Shown here piece by piece: positions 1-11,051 of a DNA stretch of 64,000 nucleotides (the first letter of the stretch is position 1; each line of letters begins with the position of its first letter). A program made the position numbers and the translations under genes. The notes beneath the pieces were generated by a model that worked only from the letters and a program-made list of their open reading frames with translations, made no database searches and had not been told where the DNA came from. The DNA comes from an uncultured Desulfosarcina sp. (lineage in GTDB: Bacteria; Desulfobacterota; Desulfobacteria; Desulfobacterales; Desulfosarcinaceae), in the NCBI GenBank assembly GCA_963674945.2, contig CAXXWQ010000002.1, positions 1 to 64,000 of the forward strand. Reading direction: 5' to 3'.

Positions 1-468
1 CATAGTATAGAAATTGTATTGAAGCAGTTTAAAGTATATCTATTATGGCATCAGAGACAATATGGAGATTAAAGCATCGATATTGAATCCATTTCGTGTT
101 GTTTCATTTAGAAATTTAAAGGACATAAAGACAATATATTTTTACGATTATATAAAATATGATATCTATAATTATACAAAAACAATCAGAACGAGGTGAA
201 TTGGGACGCCCCTTCAGAGAAAGAGGACAAAATGGATTGTAAATTTGCAACATTGAAAAATTATTATAGCCTAAATAATTATGGTATCACAGAAAACGGG
301 ACAAGATTATCATCATTAATAAGAAATGGAATAATAAGTCGATCTGAAGCATTAGAAAAAGAAGAAGCTATGAAAAACGATATAAAAAGTGAATACAGAA
401 ATATTATTCATGCCGCATGTGATGCTTTTGGAATTCTAGGAAACAATAATAATCGATTTGAGGAATAA
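1..468 (+). CDS. 3' part of an N-acetyl sugar amidotransferase-like (LPS/glycan biosynthesis) gene, apparent frameshift near 190
   Basis: AT-rich; ...IYFYDYIKYD... continues in another frame as VNWDAP...DCKF...RLSSLIRNGIISRSEALE, resembling the C-terminus of WbpG/WbuX-type amidotransferases; 5' end outside the window. Confidence 0.5.
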
Positions 469-500
469 TGACTTCGCCACATCGTTAGATGTCAGATTTC

Positions 501-2071
501 GTAACCGTTCACGGGGCAATTTTAGGGCTGACATCATGGCCTTTAACCCATTGAAAACAAAGCATAAATTGTGTGCACCGTAACTGCCTGAAATAATTTA
601 AAATAAATCTAGATTTTTTCTTTTAACTATGTTAGAGTGCTTTTCATGGCACTCAAAAGCCATTTTCAGAACTCGATTGGCAACTGGACACCCAGAGGCG
701 GTGAGAAATTACATCCTATATCTGGAACAGGCGCTTCATGATATGCAAAAATGGGTTGAGACCCATGAAAAAACGCATAGAGAAACTTGAAGTCCAGACA
801 AAATGAATTCTCGTAATTCCAGTAAACCGCCCTCATCCGATCCGCCTTTTAGCAAGCAGAAAAGAAAACAGAAAAAGAGCAAGCGATCCAAAGGCGGACA
901 AAAAGGACACAAACCGCACCAGCAACAACTGCTCGAGCCGACAAAGCAACATTCGTTGATGCCAAAATGCTGCAGTTGTGGTCATTCGGTGTTCGATCAG
1001 GAAAAGATGAAGCCTTTTTACACCCATCAACAGATCGAACTTCCCAAAATCGAAATGGAAGTCAGCCACTATATTCTGCACAAGTGCGATTGCCCCAATT
1101 GCGGGAAGGTTGTCAAAGCCAAGCTGCCATCTGCCCTGTCGAGCGGATACGGTCCCCGATTTACCGCATTTGTTGGTGAATTAAGCGGTATTAAAGGGAT
1201 GAGCCGAATGGACGTAAAGCAGTTATGCGGACTCTGTGTTAGACATTCCCATTGCTACGGGGACGATCCAAAAAATCGTTGACCGCACTTCAATGGCGAT
1301 TTTGCCTGTGTATGAACGTATCGGGGGTATCGCCAGAAGTTTCTGGTGCAATTATATCGATGAGACCTCCTGGTTTACAGAAAACGATCTGCACTGGCTG
1401 TGGGCCCATGGTCAACGAGCGGGTTGCTTTCTATCGCATAGACCCGCATCGCTCCAAGGTGGCTTTCGAAGCACTCATCCAGGACTGGAACGGCATTCTG
1501 GTCAGCGACGGTTACGGCCTGTATCAAAAATGGGTTCACCGCCAGACGTGCCTGGCTCATCTAATCCGTAAGGCCGATTCTCTGGCGGAGAGAAAGAAGC
1601 CGGATTTACGTCGCTTCGGGAGAAATCGTCGCCGCTTGGTTGAGACAACTGGTATCGTTTGCCAAAGAGCCACCCGACCCAAAGCAATGGTCGGATTTTT
1701 ATACATTCTTCTTGTTTACCGTGTCCCTTTGGGAACCCGATAAAACGGATGCAGGAAAACTCGCTCGGCAGATCATCCGGGAAATGAACAACCTATGGGT
1801 GTTTATGGATCACAAGGGCGTCGATCCCACAAACAATCGTGCCGAAAGAGCGCTACGCTTTGGTGTATTGTGGCGGAAACGAAGCCTTGGCACCCAAAGC
1901 GAGAAAGGAAACCGTTGGGTTGAGCGGATATTGTCACTGAAAGAAACCTGTCGCTTACAAGCAAAGCAGACTTTTCCTTTTCTCGTGGAGTGCATTACTT
2001 CCTATTTTCGAAATTTAGAGCCAAACCTTTCCTGGATTTAATCCAATGGGTGTTACCCTGTGAATGCGTAC
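501..2071 (+). mobile_element. IS66-family element, single-ORF (ISBst12-like) type
   Basis: Left end GTAACCGTTCACGGGGCAA vs right-end reverse complement GTACGCATTCACAGGGTAA; exact 8-bp TSD CAGATTTC at 493-500 and 2072-2079. Confidence 0.92.
646..2041 (+). pseudogene. IS66-family transposase broken by several single-base indels (possibly sequencing errors)
   Basis: Consecutive frames give NSSKPPSSD, CSC/CPNC zinc finger, IDETSW, VSDGY, CLAHLIR and PTNNRAERALR motifs. Confidence 0.85.
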
Positions 2072-2245
2072 CAGATTTCCACCTCCAAGCTCATGATTTC
2101 GGATCATCCGAATGTGGATATCAGTACGAAGTCTACGCAATCGTTTCTTCATTCCATTTCCCCCGTCGTTGCGCTGCGATCCGACAGAGATACCAAATGA
2201 TGCTGGTGTCTCATGATCCTCTTCTACTAAAAAAAGAGCGTATTT

Positions 2246-4703
2246 TCAGAACACTGCATCTCCGGGAAAACTATGTGACACCTCCGGCATGATTTGAGGT
2301 GCTGCAGCCATTTAGTTCGAATATCATTTGCAGCTCGGTACCGGGGTATTTTACCTGCGCACTGTTCAGATGCGCAAACAGTTGGCAAAGAGCCCGATTG
2401 GCCGCTGGGAACGAAGCGCCGTGCAATCGTATATTCAATTGCTGATTTTCAATATCGGGCAGTACATCGCCTTCGGTCTGGAACAGTGTCTGGAGAAGAC
2501 TCCGTGCATCCGACGAGTTTACCGTCGGACCCGTGAGCAACCCAACCATTGCCGTCTCTGCACGATATGCAATCATACGAACCGTGTCCATCAGGCGTTT
2601 TCTGCCCGGTTGTAAACGTAAAAATTTATCTTTTGCTTCAAGTTCTCCCCACGTGATGTGTTTACTTGTCTGTTTTCGTTTTTCTTTCAACTCGCTGAGT
2701 TGATACTCCATCTTTTCGATTTCTTCTAACAGCTCGGCCTTTTTCTCTATCCACTTCTTAAACTTTACCGGTTTGTCTTCATTTTCAGGGTGAATGGTCA
2801 TCTCGGCAAAACAGGCACGACGATATCGTAGCTTGTTCTGCAACGAATTACGGGATTGATTCAATTGCCGCCAAACGGGGTTGATTACCCGTTCGGTATC
2901 AGGAAATTCAACGACACCATAATCTAAAAGCACATCGATATCAAAATGTTGCATCATATAGTTGAAAAAGTTTTCCTGACACCACCGGCTGAACATGCGT
3001 GCTGCCAATTGAGTATGCGGCAAATCGAAAGCGGTGCTGATTACGCTGGTCTGGTGTCCGGAATCGGTCAGTTTTCGCACTTGTCGCATCCATGTTGCAC
3101 CCTTACCAGATCCCACCAAACTACCCATTTCGCAAAGCCGCATCTTCACCACCTCTTTGTTTGGCATCGCAACTTCATACTCGGTGAACCAATGCTCCGG
3201 CCATGATTCACCAGGATGCTTATGATACGTCATGCAGCCGATTCGATGGCGATCCCACATTTCCTTGAAGAATGCGGGACTATATCCTTCCCTGTCGAAA
3301 ACAAGAACGAACCGGCATAAACATGGGTTCTCTTGTAGTTGCTGCAAACCGGGTTGATTCGGAACGTCTTGCAACAACCGGGGAACGATATCGTCTCTTA
3401 AAACCGCCAATAATCCAGGATCGATCTGCTTTTCGACGACAAAAAAAGGTCGGCCAATCGCATCGTTAACCCAATAGTCGGTAATGCCCCTCATGCACAA
3501 TCGTTCCCGGGACACGTAGCGGCGCGGTAGTCGGGTCAATTTTCCATGATAAACACGTACATGCCCGTCAACATAAAGCGCGCCAACCGATTCGGGCGCC
3601 TGTTCCATCCAGTATTTACCGAGGTATGCGGCCCACTTTTCCGCGCCGTGGTCTGCGCTCAACGCATCCATCTTGTAACGCAAACAGCGAACCTCCGGTG
3701 CACGATCCAAGCCCAATAACTTACCAAATTCTCCCGGAGCATGGCCTCGTATTTTTTCTGTCGTCTTGATCCTGCATAAGGCCATAAACGAAAGCAGCAA
3801 CAAGACATGAAAGATCGTGTAATAGCCTTTGACTTGGCCGAGGAACTGTTTTGCGCCGGTAAACAACCCGTTTGCCACCAATGACGGTATCGCACAAAGA
3901 ACGCCTGCTTTGGGAACGTCCAGGCATCTGTCAAAACGAACCGGCGCACCAACCATTTTGCCCAATGATGCCAATATGCGTTCCCCGACTCGGTTGCAAG
4001 CCGTCCCCATACCATCGGCAGCAGCCATGTCGACCATGTCCCGATCTGATTTGGTTAGACACGGTTCACCAATCCTTGATTCGATTAACCGACCATCATC
4101 TATAGCTTTGCGAAACGTATCGTATTTAATGCCAAGTTCCAGGGCGGCATCTTTTTTCGAGCACCCTTGATCCAGTAAACGTTGGGCTTGTTCAAGCACC
4201 TCAGGTTTGAAAACCTTGCCGCCGCGTCGTCCCCGCCGCTGAACGAAAAATGCCTCGGCGCCGCCGGACCTGAGTTTGTTCACGGATCGGATGACATTGC
4301 TCTTGGATACGCCGAATGTGTTTTGGATATCGATCTGGCGGCAAGCTCCGGATTCAACCAGTTGGGCTGTTATCATCCGAAACATTCGTTGATCGCCTTG
4401 TCTGTGAGAATAAATCGGAACGGTCGATAGAAAATAGGTCCAGGTCGTATCGTCACGAAATACACTGACAAGCCCGTTGATTTGTCTTGCACCGCGAGGA
4501 ATAAGTGGTAGTATCTGTTGAGGCATGGCATCCTTTTCCTTTCATTTATCCGCCAAGATAATAAGGTTAAAGGTGCCATGTTCATTTTCCGGTTGCAATA
4601 CCTTACCGGCCTGCTGGATTCAGACTCCTATCTTTCTGTTTTTCAACCACTTACATTATGTTTTGCTTGCCATATGCAACAATTAGGAAATCAAGTTTCC
4701 TGA
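2246..4703 (-). mobile_element. Unclassified IS-like element carrying a 751-aa transposase
   Basis: Imperfect TIRs TCAGAACACTGCATCTCC (2246) vs TCAGGAAACTTGATTTCC (reverse complement of the end at 4703), 13/18 identical; flanks TATTT and TATTA are only a near-TSD. Confidence 0.65.
2271..4526 (-). CDS. Large DDE transposase with two N-terminal HTH-like segments and a coiled-coil insert
   Basis: YVDGH, VFDREGY and RWCQENFF match a D-D-E triad; HTH-like FGVSKSNVIR and LGIKYDTFRK. Confidence 0.8.
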   Translation of the reverse strand: MPQQILPLIPRGARQINGLVSVFRDDTTWTYFLSTVPIYSHRQGDQRMFRMITAQLVESGACRQIDIQNTFGVSKSNVIRSVNKLRSGGAEAFFVQRRGRRGGKVFKPEVLEQAQRLLDQGCSKKDAALELGIKYDTFRKAIDDGRLIESRIGEPCLTKSDRDMVDMAAADGMGTACNRVGERILASLGKMVGAPVRFDRCLDVPKAGVLCAIPSLVANGLFTGAKQFLGQVKGYYTIFHVLLLLSFMALCRIKTTEKIRGHAPGEFGKLLGLDRAPEVRCLRYKMDALSADHGAEKWAAYLGKYWMEQAPESVGALYVDGHVRVYHGKLTRLPRRYVSRERLCMRGITDYWVNDAIGRPFFVVEKQIDPGLLAVLRDDIVPRLLQDVPNQPGLQQLQENPCLCRFVLVFDREGYSPAFFKEMWDRHRIGCMTYHKHPGESWPEHWFTEYEVAMPNKEVVKMRLCEMGSLVGSGKGATWMRQVRKLTDSGHQTSVISTAFDLPHTQLAARMFSRWCQENFFNYMMQHFDIDVLLDYGVVEFPDTERVINPVWRQLNQSRNSLQNKLRYRRACFAEMTIHPENEDKPVKFKKWIEKKAELLEEIEKMEYQLSELKEKRKQTSKHITWGELEAKDKFLRLQPGRKRLMDTVRMIAYRAETAMVGLLTGPTVNSSDARSLLQTLFQTEGDVLPDIENQQLNIRLHGASFPAANRALCQLFAHLNSAQVKYPGTELQMIFELNGCSTSNHAGGVT

Positions 4704-5043
4704 TATTAGGTGATTAAGGGAACGGCTTCTAGAGGAAGAGGCATGTGGCTATTGGCTCCCGTGACGCCGATGGGTTTCTGTCCTCGTTTTGCAATTTGTT
4801 TGGTTTTCTATTGATTGTATGGAGATTGGAATTCTATTCAAACTTATGCATGAATTACGCAGGTTATGCAATACAAATTCTACTTGGTTCTTCCACAATG
4901 TCGACATTTTGTACTTTTGAAGATATCTGGCCCAGATCGTCCCTAAAAAGTACTTCCAATCAATTCATTGCTCTTAGAAGATCCAATTGCAAATGCCGCC
5001 GTCATGATTGGTCTTGTACGCGATGCGGAGTACAAACTGATTT

Positions 5044-7692
5044 TTACTTTACCTCATCCAACACCTTTCGGACTATTTTCGCAAGATCGGCCCTCACTAC
5101 CGGCTTGTAGATAAAACCTCTGATGCCAATTTCCGATGCCGATGCATCGTTTATCTTATTGCTGTAGCCCGTACAAAGAATAACAGGAATATCAGGGCGT
5201 ATTTTCATTAGTTCAACCGTCAGTTTATCACCGGTCATATTCGGCATCGTCATATCGGTAATAACCAAATCGAACGCAGACGGTTTGATTCTGAACAACG
5301 CCAATGCCTCCACACTGCTTGTACGTGTGACAACATGATAGCCTAAACCCTCAAGAATCAGTTCTCCTATCTCGGCGATTGAGGCTTCATCATCGACGAA
5401 AAGGATACGTTCATCGCCACCGGAAAGTTTGTCTTCAACCGGTGCAGGGTCATCTGTTTCTGATTCAATAACAGGCAGGTAAACGTCGAATGCCGCCCCA
5501 TCACCCAACTTGCTGTTAACGATGATTTCGCCGCCCATGCTTTTTACGGCTCCGTGAACCACCGCCAAACCGAGGCCTGTTCCTTTGCCGGTCTTTTTGG
5601 TAGTAAAATAAGGCTCGAATATTGAACTCAGGTGGGCTTCAGGAATACCAGGCCCTGTATCGGCAATTGTAATTTGGACATATCTTCCCGGCTTAATTAC
5701 AGTAAAATTGGTGACCAATTTTTCTTCTACAGAAACATCGGCAACATTTACGTGCAAAATGCCATCATCAATCTCCATGGCCTGACAGGCATTGGTACCA
5801 AGATTTAAAAAAATCTGATGTATCTGTCCGGGATCGGCCATAACCAGCTCTTTGCTTGTGATATTCGCTTTCACCTCGATGGAGGTGGGGATACTTGAGC
5901 GTAGCAGTTGGAGAACTTCCCTTGCTATAAGGCTGACCTGCACTGGTTTCTTTTCGCCATCGGTTTGCCTGGCAAAGGTCAATATTTGTTTGACCAGATC
6001 TCTTGCCCGCTGACCGGCCTTAAATACCTCATGAAGATTTTTTTCCAGGGAAGACCCTTGGCGAACCTGTTCCAGGGAAAGTTCGGTGAAACCGATTATC
6101 GCGGAAAGAATATTGTTGAAATCATGAGCGATGCCGCCGGCCAGCGTGCCGATGGCTTCCATTTTTTGGGATTGTCTCAGTTTCCTTTCCAAATCAAGTT
6201 TTTCCATCGCGGCTTTATGGCGATCCGTAATGTCTCGGGCGATGCCGAGTACGCCAATCAAGCTGCCATCGGGTTCGCGCATAGGGGCTTTAATCGTTTC
6301 AAACAATCCACGATATCCATCGTCGGCAAACGTACGCCACTCTTCGTTGATTATGAGGCTGTTGGCCTCCATCGCTTTTCGGTCGTTTTTTCGGTAAACG
6401 TCCGCAAGCTCTTTGCCAAAAAGATCGTAATCAGATTTTCCTACGATTTCTGATTCTTTTGCACCGCAAAAACCTTCGAACGTCGGATTGCAGCTAAGAT
6501 AAACGCCATTTTGATCCTTTAGCCAAATTAAGTCAGGAATTGTACTAACCAGGATGCGGTTCCGGGATTCCGATTCGATTAATGCATTTTCAGCCTGTTT
6601 TATATTGGTAATATCCTGAAACGTGCCCATGATCTTGACAACACGGCCCTCCTCGATTACCGGCTGACTGATGATGCGCGCCCAAAGATTATTTCCTTTT
6701 GCGGTGATAAAGCGAGCCTCCGTGTCATAAGACTCGCCATGTTCAATCGTGCGCTTGATTGCCTTGTAAATCCGATCTTGTTCTTCTGGATGAAAAAAAC
6801 CAATTGCCTCTTCCAAAGGTGGCTTGTAATTAAACGGTACTTCGTGGATCCGGTATGTTTCTTCGGTCCAGGTCACTTCATATGTTTCAGCATCCAACTC
6901 CCATCCGCCAACACGTGCCATGCGACCTGTGGCATCCAATAATGCTTTCGCCTCATGCAGCTCTTTTTCAACTTTTTTTCTTTCTGTAAGGTCTATACCA
7001 ATACCGATTAGCGTTCCGTCTTCAAGCTTGATGTTTGACCATTGTGATTCGATGATTCTTCCCGACTTTGACCGGATGAGCAATTCCTTCCATTCTGGGC
7101 TGCCCGTGTTCATTGTGTCAGATACTTTCCGCCGGTATTCAGGGTCGGGGAAAAGCATATTTTTCAAATCGCTGGACCGAACTTCTTTAACGTTCCAGCC
7201 CGTCAATCTTTCGAATTCACGATTTAATACTATCATATCGGTATTCGGATCGTACTGATTCAGCATTACCGGAATTCGATCGACGATATTTTTTAGTAAT
7301 GTACGTTCTTTTTGTAGCGCCTCTTCTGCAAGTTTACGCTTGGTGATGTCTTTGCCAATACAGTATAATTTTTGCTCGTCGGCAGAGAAAGTAGCTGTCC
7401 AAGACATAAAGCGTATGGAACCATCCTTGTGAATATACCGATTCTCGAAATCTTTAATCTTGCGGTCGGCAGTTAGTTTGTTAAAGGCTTCAATATTTTC
7501 GGCAAGATCGTCTGGATGAAGCAAATCATTGATAGGCTTGGATAGCAGTTCATTTCGGGAGTAGCCCAAAATGCTTTCCCATGCGGAGTTCACATATTTA
7601 AAGTATCCATCAAATCCAACGATACAAATGAGGTTTACGGATGAACTGACTAACCGATAGTAATCATTCGGATTCATTTCTGAGTTTGCCAT
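5044..7692 (-). CDS. Multi-PAS hybrid sensor histidine kinase/response regulator
   Basis: Four PAS/PAC repeats ending DIT/DLT; H-box LAGGIAHDFNN; G-box GTGLGL; C-terminal REC domain (FVDDE, DMTMP, KP). Confidence 0.95.
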   Translation of the reverse strand: MANSEMNPNDYYRLVSSSVNLICIVGFDGYFKYVNSAWESILGYSRNELLSKPINDLLHPDDLAENIEAFNKLTADRKIKDFENRYIHKDGSIRFMSWTATFSADEQKLYCIGKDITKRKLAEEALQKERTLLKNIVDRIPVMLNQYDPNTDMIVLNREFERLTGWNVKEVRSSDLKNMLFPDPEYRRKVSDTMNTGSPEWKELLIRSKSGRIIESQWSNIKLEDGTLIGIGIDLTERKKVEKELHEAKALLDATGRMARVGGWELDAETYEVTWTEETYRIHEVPFNYKPPLEEAIGFFHPEEQDRIYKAIKRTIEHGESYDTEARFITAKGNNLWARIISQPVIEEGRVVKIMGTFQDITNIKQAENALIESESRNRILVSTIPDLIWLKDQNGVYLSCNPTFEGFCGAKESEIVGKSDYDLFGKELADVYRKNDRKAMEANSLIINEEWRTFADDGYRGLFETIKAPMREPDGSLIGVLGIARDITDRHKAAMEKLDLERKLRQSQKMEAIGTLAGGIAHDFNNILSAIIGFTELSLEQVRQGSSLEKNLHEVFKAGQRARDLVKQILTFARQTDGEKKPVQVSLIAREVLQLLRSSIPTSIEVKANITSKELVMADPGQIHQIFLNLGTNACQAMEIDDGILHVNVADVSVEEKLVTNFTVIKPGRYVQITIADTGPGIPEAHLSSIFEPYFTTKKTGKGTGLGLAVVHGAVKSMGGEIIVNSKLGDGAAFDVYLPVIESETDDPAPVEDKLSGGDERILFVDDEASIAEIGELILEGLGYHVVTRTSSVEALALFRIKPSAFDLVITDMTMPNMTGDKLTVELMKIRPDIPVILCTGYSNKINDASASEIGIRGFIYKPVVRADLAKIVRKVLDEVK

Positions 7693-8450
7693 TCGTTCTT
7701 CCTTTTTCGAACATTTATCGTAAAGTTGGAGATGTTCATTTTGTACTGTCCGTTTTCGGTTCAGAAATAGAAAGTTCTGTTCGAGATCTCCCGCCGAAGA
7801 TCAGGCGGGACAGGAACGCACGTGAAAAATTTTTCCGAAACCGCCCCGAGGAAGAGCCTTCGGGACGAGTTTTATCGATTTTCCGAGGACAATATTTTTC
7901 ACCCCAACATAGATATCGGGCAAATCGGCCACTTCTGAATGGACATTTTATTATTTTGTTGATCGCCACCGATGTTTATGGGCAACAAATTTGATTCGTA
8001 TTAGAGTGATTGGCAATAGCTGCCGTGTGAATGCAGTGCAAAACCGTATCGTCATCACCGGTGTCAACCGAATGGGGAGCGGTTTACCAATAAATTGATG
8101 GTAACGGCGGCTCCAATGCATCCGCTGGAGTCGGTTACGAATTAGTGTTTACAGTCAGATTTTTCTGTGCAACTATTAAAACAAAGAAATGGTTTTCAGT
8201 AAAACTTCCTAAAAATATTTTATATTGTAGTTTCATTACCGAAAACAAGAGGTCCATCGTGCAGAGGAGTCGTGCATCCCCCTGCCAAGGGTAATGAAGC
8301 GGATCATGGTACCTCCTGCCTGTTCCTCCTCGTACGATAATCTCAAAATCGAACCGCCAGACCGGCCAATTTCTTTACAAATTTATTGGTTATACAATAA
8401 GTTAGACAGATCCCACGTTTTTCGAAGAGTTTCTTCCCGAGGAGAACCAC

Positions 8451-9251
8451 ATGGAATACAATATGTTGGAAAACAGCCTGATTTATTTATTGGATACGGC
8501 AATCCGACTCAATGAATCCGAACCGGATAAATGCTCCGTTAAATACTCCATCGTTCACTTATATCGCGGAATGAAGCTGTTGTTAAAAAAGAGGCTGTTT
8601 GACGAGCATTGGTCTCTTGTTTACAAAGATACAAGTGGTATTATTCCCATCGATTTTTTTGAACTGAAGAACAGGCTTTTTCGGATATGCAATATCGATA
8701 TCGATGAATACAATGAAATTATAAGCAAAATTCGAAATGACTATAAAAATGTTGAATTGTACCAATTCACCAAATCAACGATTCAAATGAGGAGCAATCT
8801 GGTTCAAATTTGGTCCTTTATCGTTGATTTTATTTCGAAATACATCGATATTTCAAATGATACATATGCGACCAATCTGTTTGACCAAACTTGTGAGGAA
8901 ATGGATTTCCACTTGGAATATATTCGAAATAGAAAAATCGAAGTCAAAAATGTTCTGTCAAACAAGGTAAAAGAATCGTATTATGCCGAACCGCTCAAGT
9001 GTCCGGAGTGCCTACAGCCGGCAGTTCCCTTATTGTTGGACACCAATGGTCAATTTACGTGTGAATTTTGTGATTACGTAGTTCATTGGAAAGAATTTGT
9101 TACAGATTGCGCATCTATTTTTAACTATTCGGGACCGTTTCATTGCCCCCGATGTCATTTCGAAGGAGTGATTCAAAAAGAGGAGCAAAGGATTTGTCTA
9201 TATTGTTGTAATGCACTGGATGCCGACCAGGGCGACTTTATCAATCCGTAA
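8451..9251 (+). CDS. HEPN-like helical domain with C-terminal multi-CxxC zinc ribbon
   Basis: KYSIVHLYRGMKLLLKKRLFDEHWSLVY N-terminal pattern; CPEC, CEFC, CPRC, CLYC; RBS GGAG. Confidence 0.65.
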   Translation: MEYNMLENSLIYLLDTAIRLNESEPDKCSVKYSIVHLYRGMKLLLKKRLFDEHWSLVYKDTSGIIPIDFFELKNRLFRICNIDIDEYNEIISKIRNDYKNVELYQFTKSTIQMRSNLVQIWSFIVDFISKYIDISNDTYATNLFDQTCEEMDFHLEYIRNRKIEVKNVLSNKVKESYYAEPLKCPECLQPAVPLLLDTNGQFTCEFCDYVVHWKEFVTDCASIFNYSGPFHCPRCHFEGVIQKEEQRICLYCCNALDADQGDFINP

Positions 9252-9331
9252 GGCGAAACCCAAGGCAAGCCGTTCGCCTTTTGCAGTTGTTATATCGGTA
9301 CCATCAACTTTTCATTCTTTAGGAGGAATAA

Positions 9332-10036
9332 ATGATTCGTTCTGCCGTTACAGCACTTTTGGTTTTGTGCCTGACATCCTGTATCACCGCACCATCACCG
9401 GACCCGGCACTCGTTGCGCAAATTGATGCACAATTTAACGCATCCAAATCGCAGATTTACAGTGCATCTGGAAAATTCAAGCGTCCCATTCCCTATGCGG
9501 TTGGTCAGTATGTTGTTACGGGTATGACAAGCCCGTCCGAACGCAGCGTTATGAAGATGGCCATTGTCGGCAAAGAGCAAAATGGATGGATCATAGAAAC
9601 CCATTCCTTGACGCAAACTTCAGAAAGCATCACCCAAATGCTGGTGGTGGGGCTGGAGGGTGTTACCGATACCGGCACGCTGGACGACATAGACCTCGTC
9701 TGGGTAAAAATAAAAGCCGAGGGGCAATCCGTACAGACCATTGAAGGTCCCATGCTAACCATGACCAAAGGATTGTATAAAAAAGCACTTGCAGGCCTGG
9801 AATTCAAATCCCAGGAGATGACTGACGGGGGAACGGTGAAGGTCCCGGCAGGAACCTTTAAAGGCACTGCAAAGATCCATAGTGAAGTTACATTCATGGG
9901 AAAAAAACATCTTTCAGATGCATGGCTTCATTCCTCCGTGCCCATCAGTGCCATGGTTAAATCCGTATCCAATAGTGATGAAACGAACATCGAACTATTG
10001 GATTTTGGTTTGTCCGGCGCCAAGAGAAGTTTCTGA
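9332..10036 (+). CDS. Hypothetical lipoprotein
   Basis: RBS AGGAGG; lipobox LTSC; VKVPAGTF beta-motif. Confidence 0.75.
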   Translation: MIRSAVTALLVLCLTSCITAPSPDPALVAQIDAQFNASKSQIYSASGKFKRPIPYAVGQYVVTGMTSPSERSVMKMAIVGKEQNGWIIETHSLTQTSESITQMLVVGLEGVTDTGTLDDIDLVWVKIKAEGQSVQTIEGPMLTMTKGLYKKALAGLEFKSQEMTDGGTVKVPAGTFKGTAKIHSEVTFMGKKHLSDAWLHSSVPISAMVKSVSNSDETNIELLDFGLSGAKRSF

Positions 10037-10072
10037 ACGATTTCAGATAGCGGATATTAAATATTGGATTCC

Positions 10073-10102
10073 ATCAACCCCGCTGCATTCGGCGGGGTTG
10101 AT
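10073..10102. terminator. Stem-loop, possible terminator
   Basis: ATCAACCCCGC ... GCGGGGTTGAT, perfect 11-bp inverted repeat after the lipoprotein gene. Confidence 0.55.
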
Positions 10103-10158
10103 TCCATATTCTTAACTTTCGGGAATCTGTCCGCTCCGCTTGGGATGATTCCCGAAAG

Positions 10159-10734
10159 TTGCGTTATTTCTGCAAAGACGAGAGCCGGCGATACGCCATA
10201 CCAGCTCTTACACCGGCTCAGAGGAGTCGTAATTCGGCTGTCCGTATTGTTGGAAGGGAAGAGAAAAAAGTTACTGCATTCGTGCTTCATACAACCTTCG
10301 TAGAAAACCGGCAGGCCGAGGAGATCCCCCCATTTTTTCATAGAATTATGGAAGAGGAAACATTGGAGCAGGTTCCGGATCGAGTCAACGGCAATCAAAT
10401 CTGTGCCATCGTAAAAGAGGAAACATCGCCGGAATTCGATTATTACATGGGCGTTGAAGTCAGCGGTTTCGAAAGTGTCCCTGATGGTATGAAGCCACTT
10501 GCCATCCCGGCTTGCCAGTATGCCGCAGCACCATTTGTCAAGCGGGGAAACCCGGATGTTCTCAGTGTTTTTCAGTTCATTGCAGGCAAATGGATGACTG
10601 AAAACGGGTACATCCAAAACACCGCCGTGCCGGCATTCATTTACTACGATGAACGCTTTATCCCGGTATACAAAAAGGAAGGGTACGCCGGCAACCCCGT
10701 CGCCGAGATTTTCATCCCCATTAAAACTGCTTAA
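10159..10734 (+). CDS. GyrI-like small-molecule-binding (AraC effector-type) domain protein; start uncertain
   Basis: EIPPFF, FDYYMGVEV, IPACQYA, WMTENGY, YDERF, EIFIPI. Confidence 0.8.
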   Translation: MRYFCKDESRRYAIPALTPAQRSRNSAVRIVGREEKKVTAFVLHTTFVENRQAEEIPPFFHRIMEEETLEQVPDRVNGNQICAIVKEETSPEFDYYMGVEVSGFESVPDGMKPLAIPACQYAAAPFVKRGNPDVLSVFQFIAGKWMTENGYIQNTAVPAFIYYDERFIPVYKKEGYAGNPVAEIFIPIKTA

Positions 10735-10749
10735 CAACCAGGATATTTT

Positions 10750-11040
10750 ATGGAAATACCCATTAAAGCAGTCAATACGGTAGAAATGCTGACGCTACAG
10801 GACAATTACATTGATTTCTTTGCGTTTAAAGAAAATAGCCAAATGATGCAGCGACCGGTTCCGGTAAAAAAAACAGCCCGGGGAATGGAGTTGCGCCAGC
10901 CGCCAGGTGCGGAGCATGGATGGCCCTCTCTAATAACCGTTCATAAAGGTAGAAACGCCATTTCCGCCTTTGAGCACGCCATGCCAGATCAGTTTGTGCT
11001 GAATATGGCCGGAACCAAATTATTACTCTCTTCGACATAA
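10750..11040 (+). pseudogene. Internally deleted MBL-fold metallo-hydrolase
   Basis: N-terminus TLQDNYID...AEHGW fused directly to C-terminal FEHAMPDQFVLNMAGTKL; the HxHxDH core is missing. Confidence 0.65.
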
Positions 11041-11051
11041 GGAAAAATACT

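Noticed and set aside
646..1640. Programmed frameshifting in the first IS66 transposase
   Set aside because: Too many scattered shifts; better explained by error or decay
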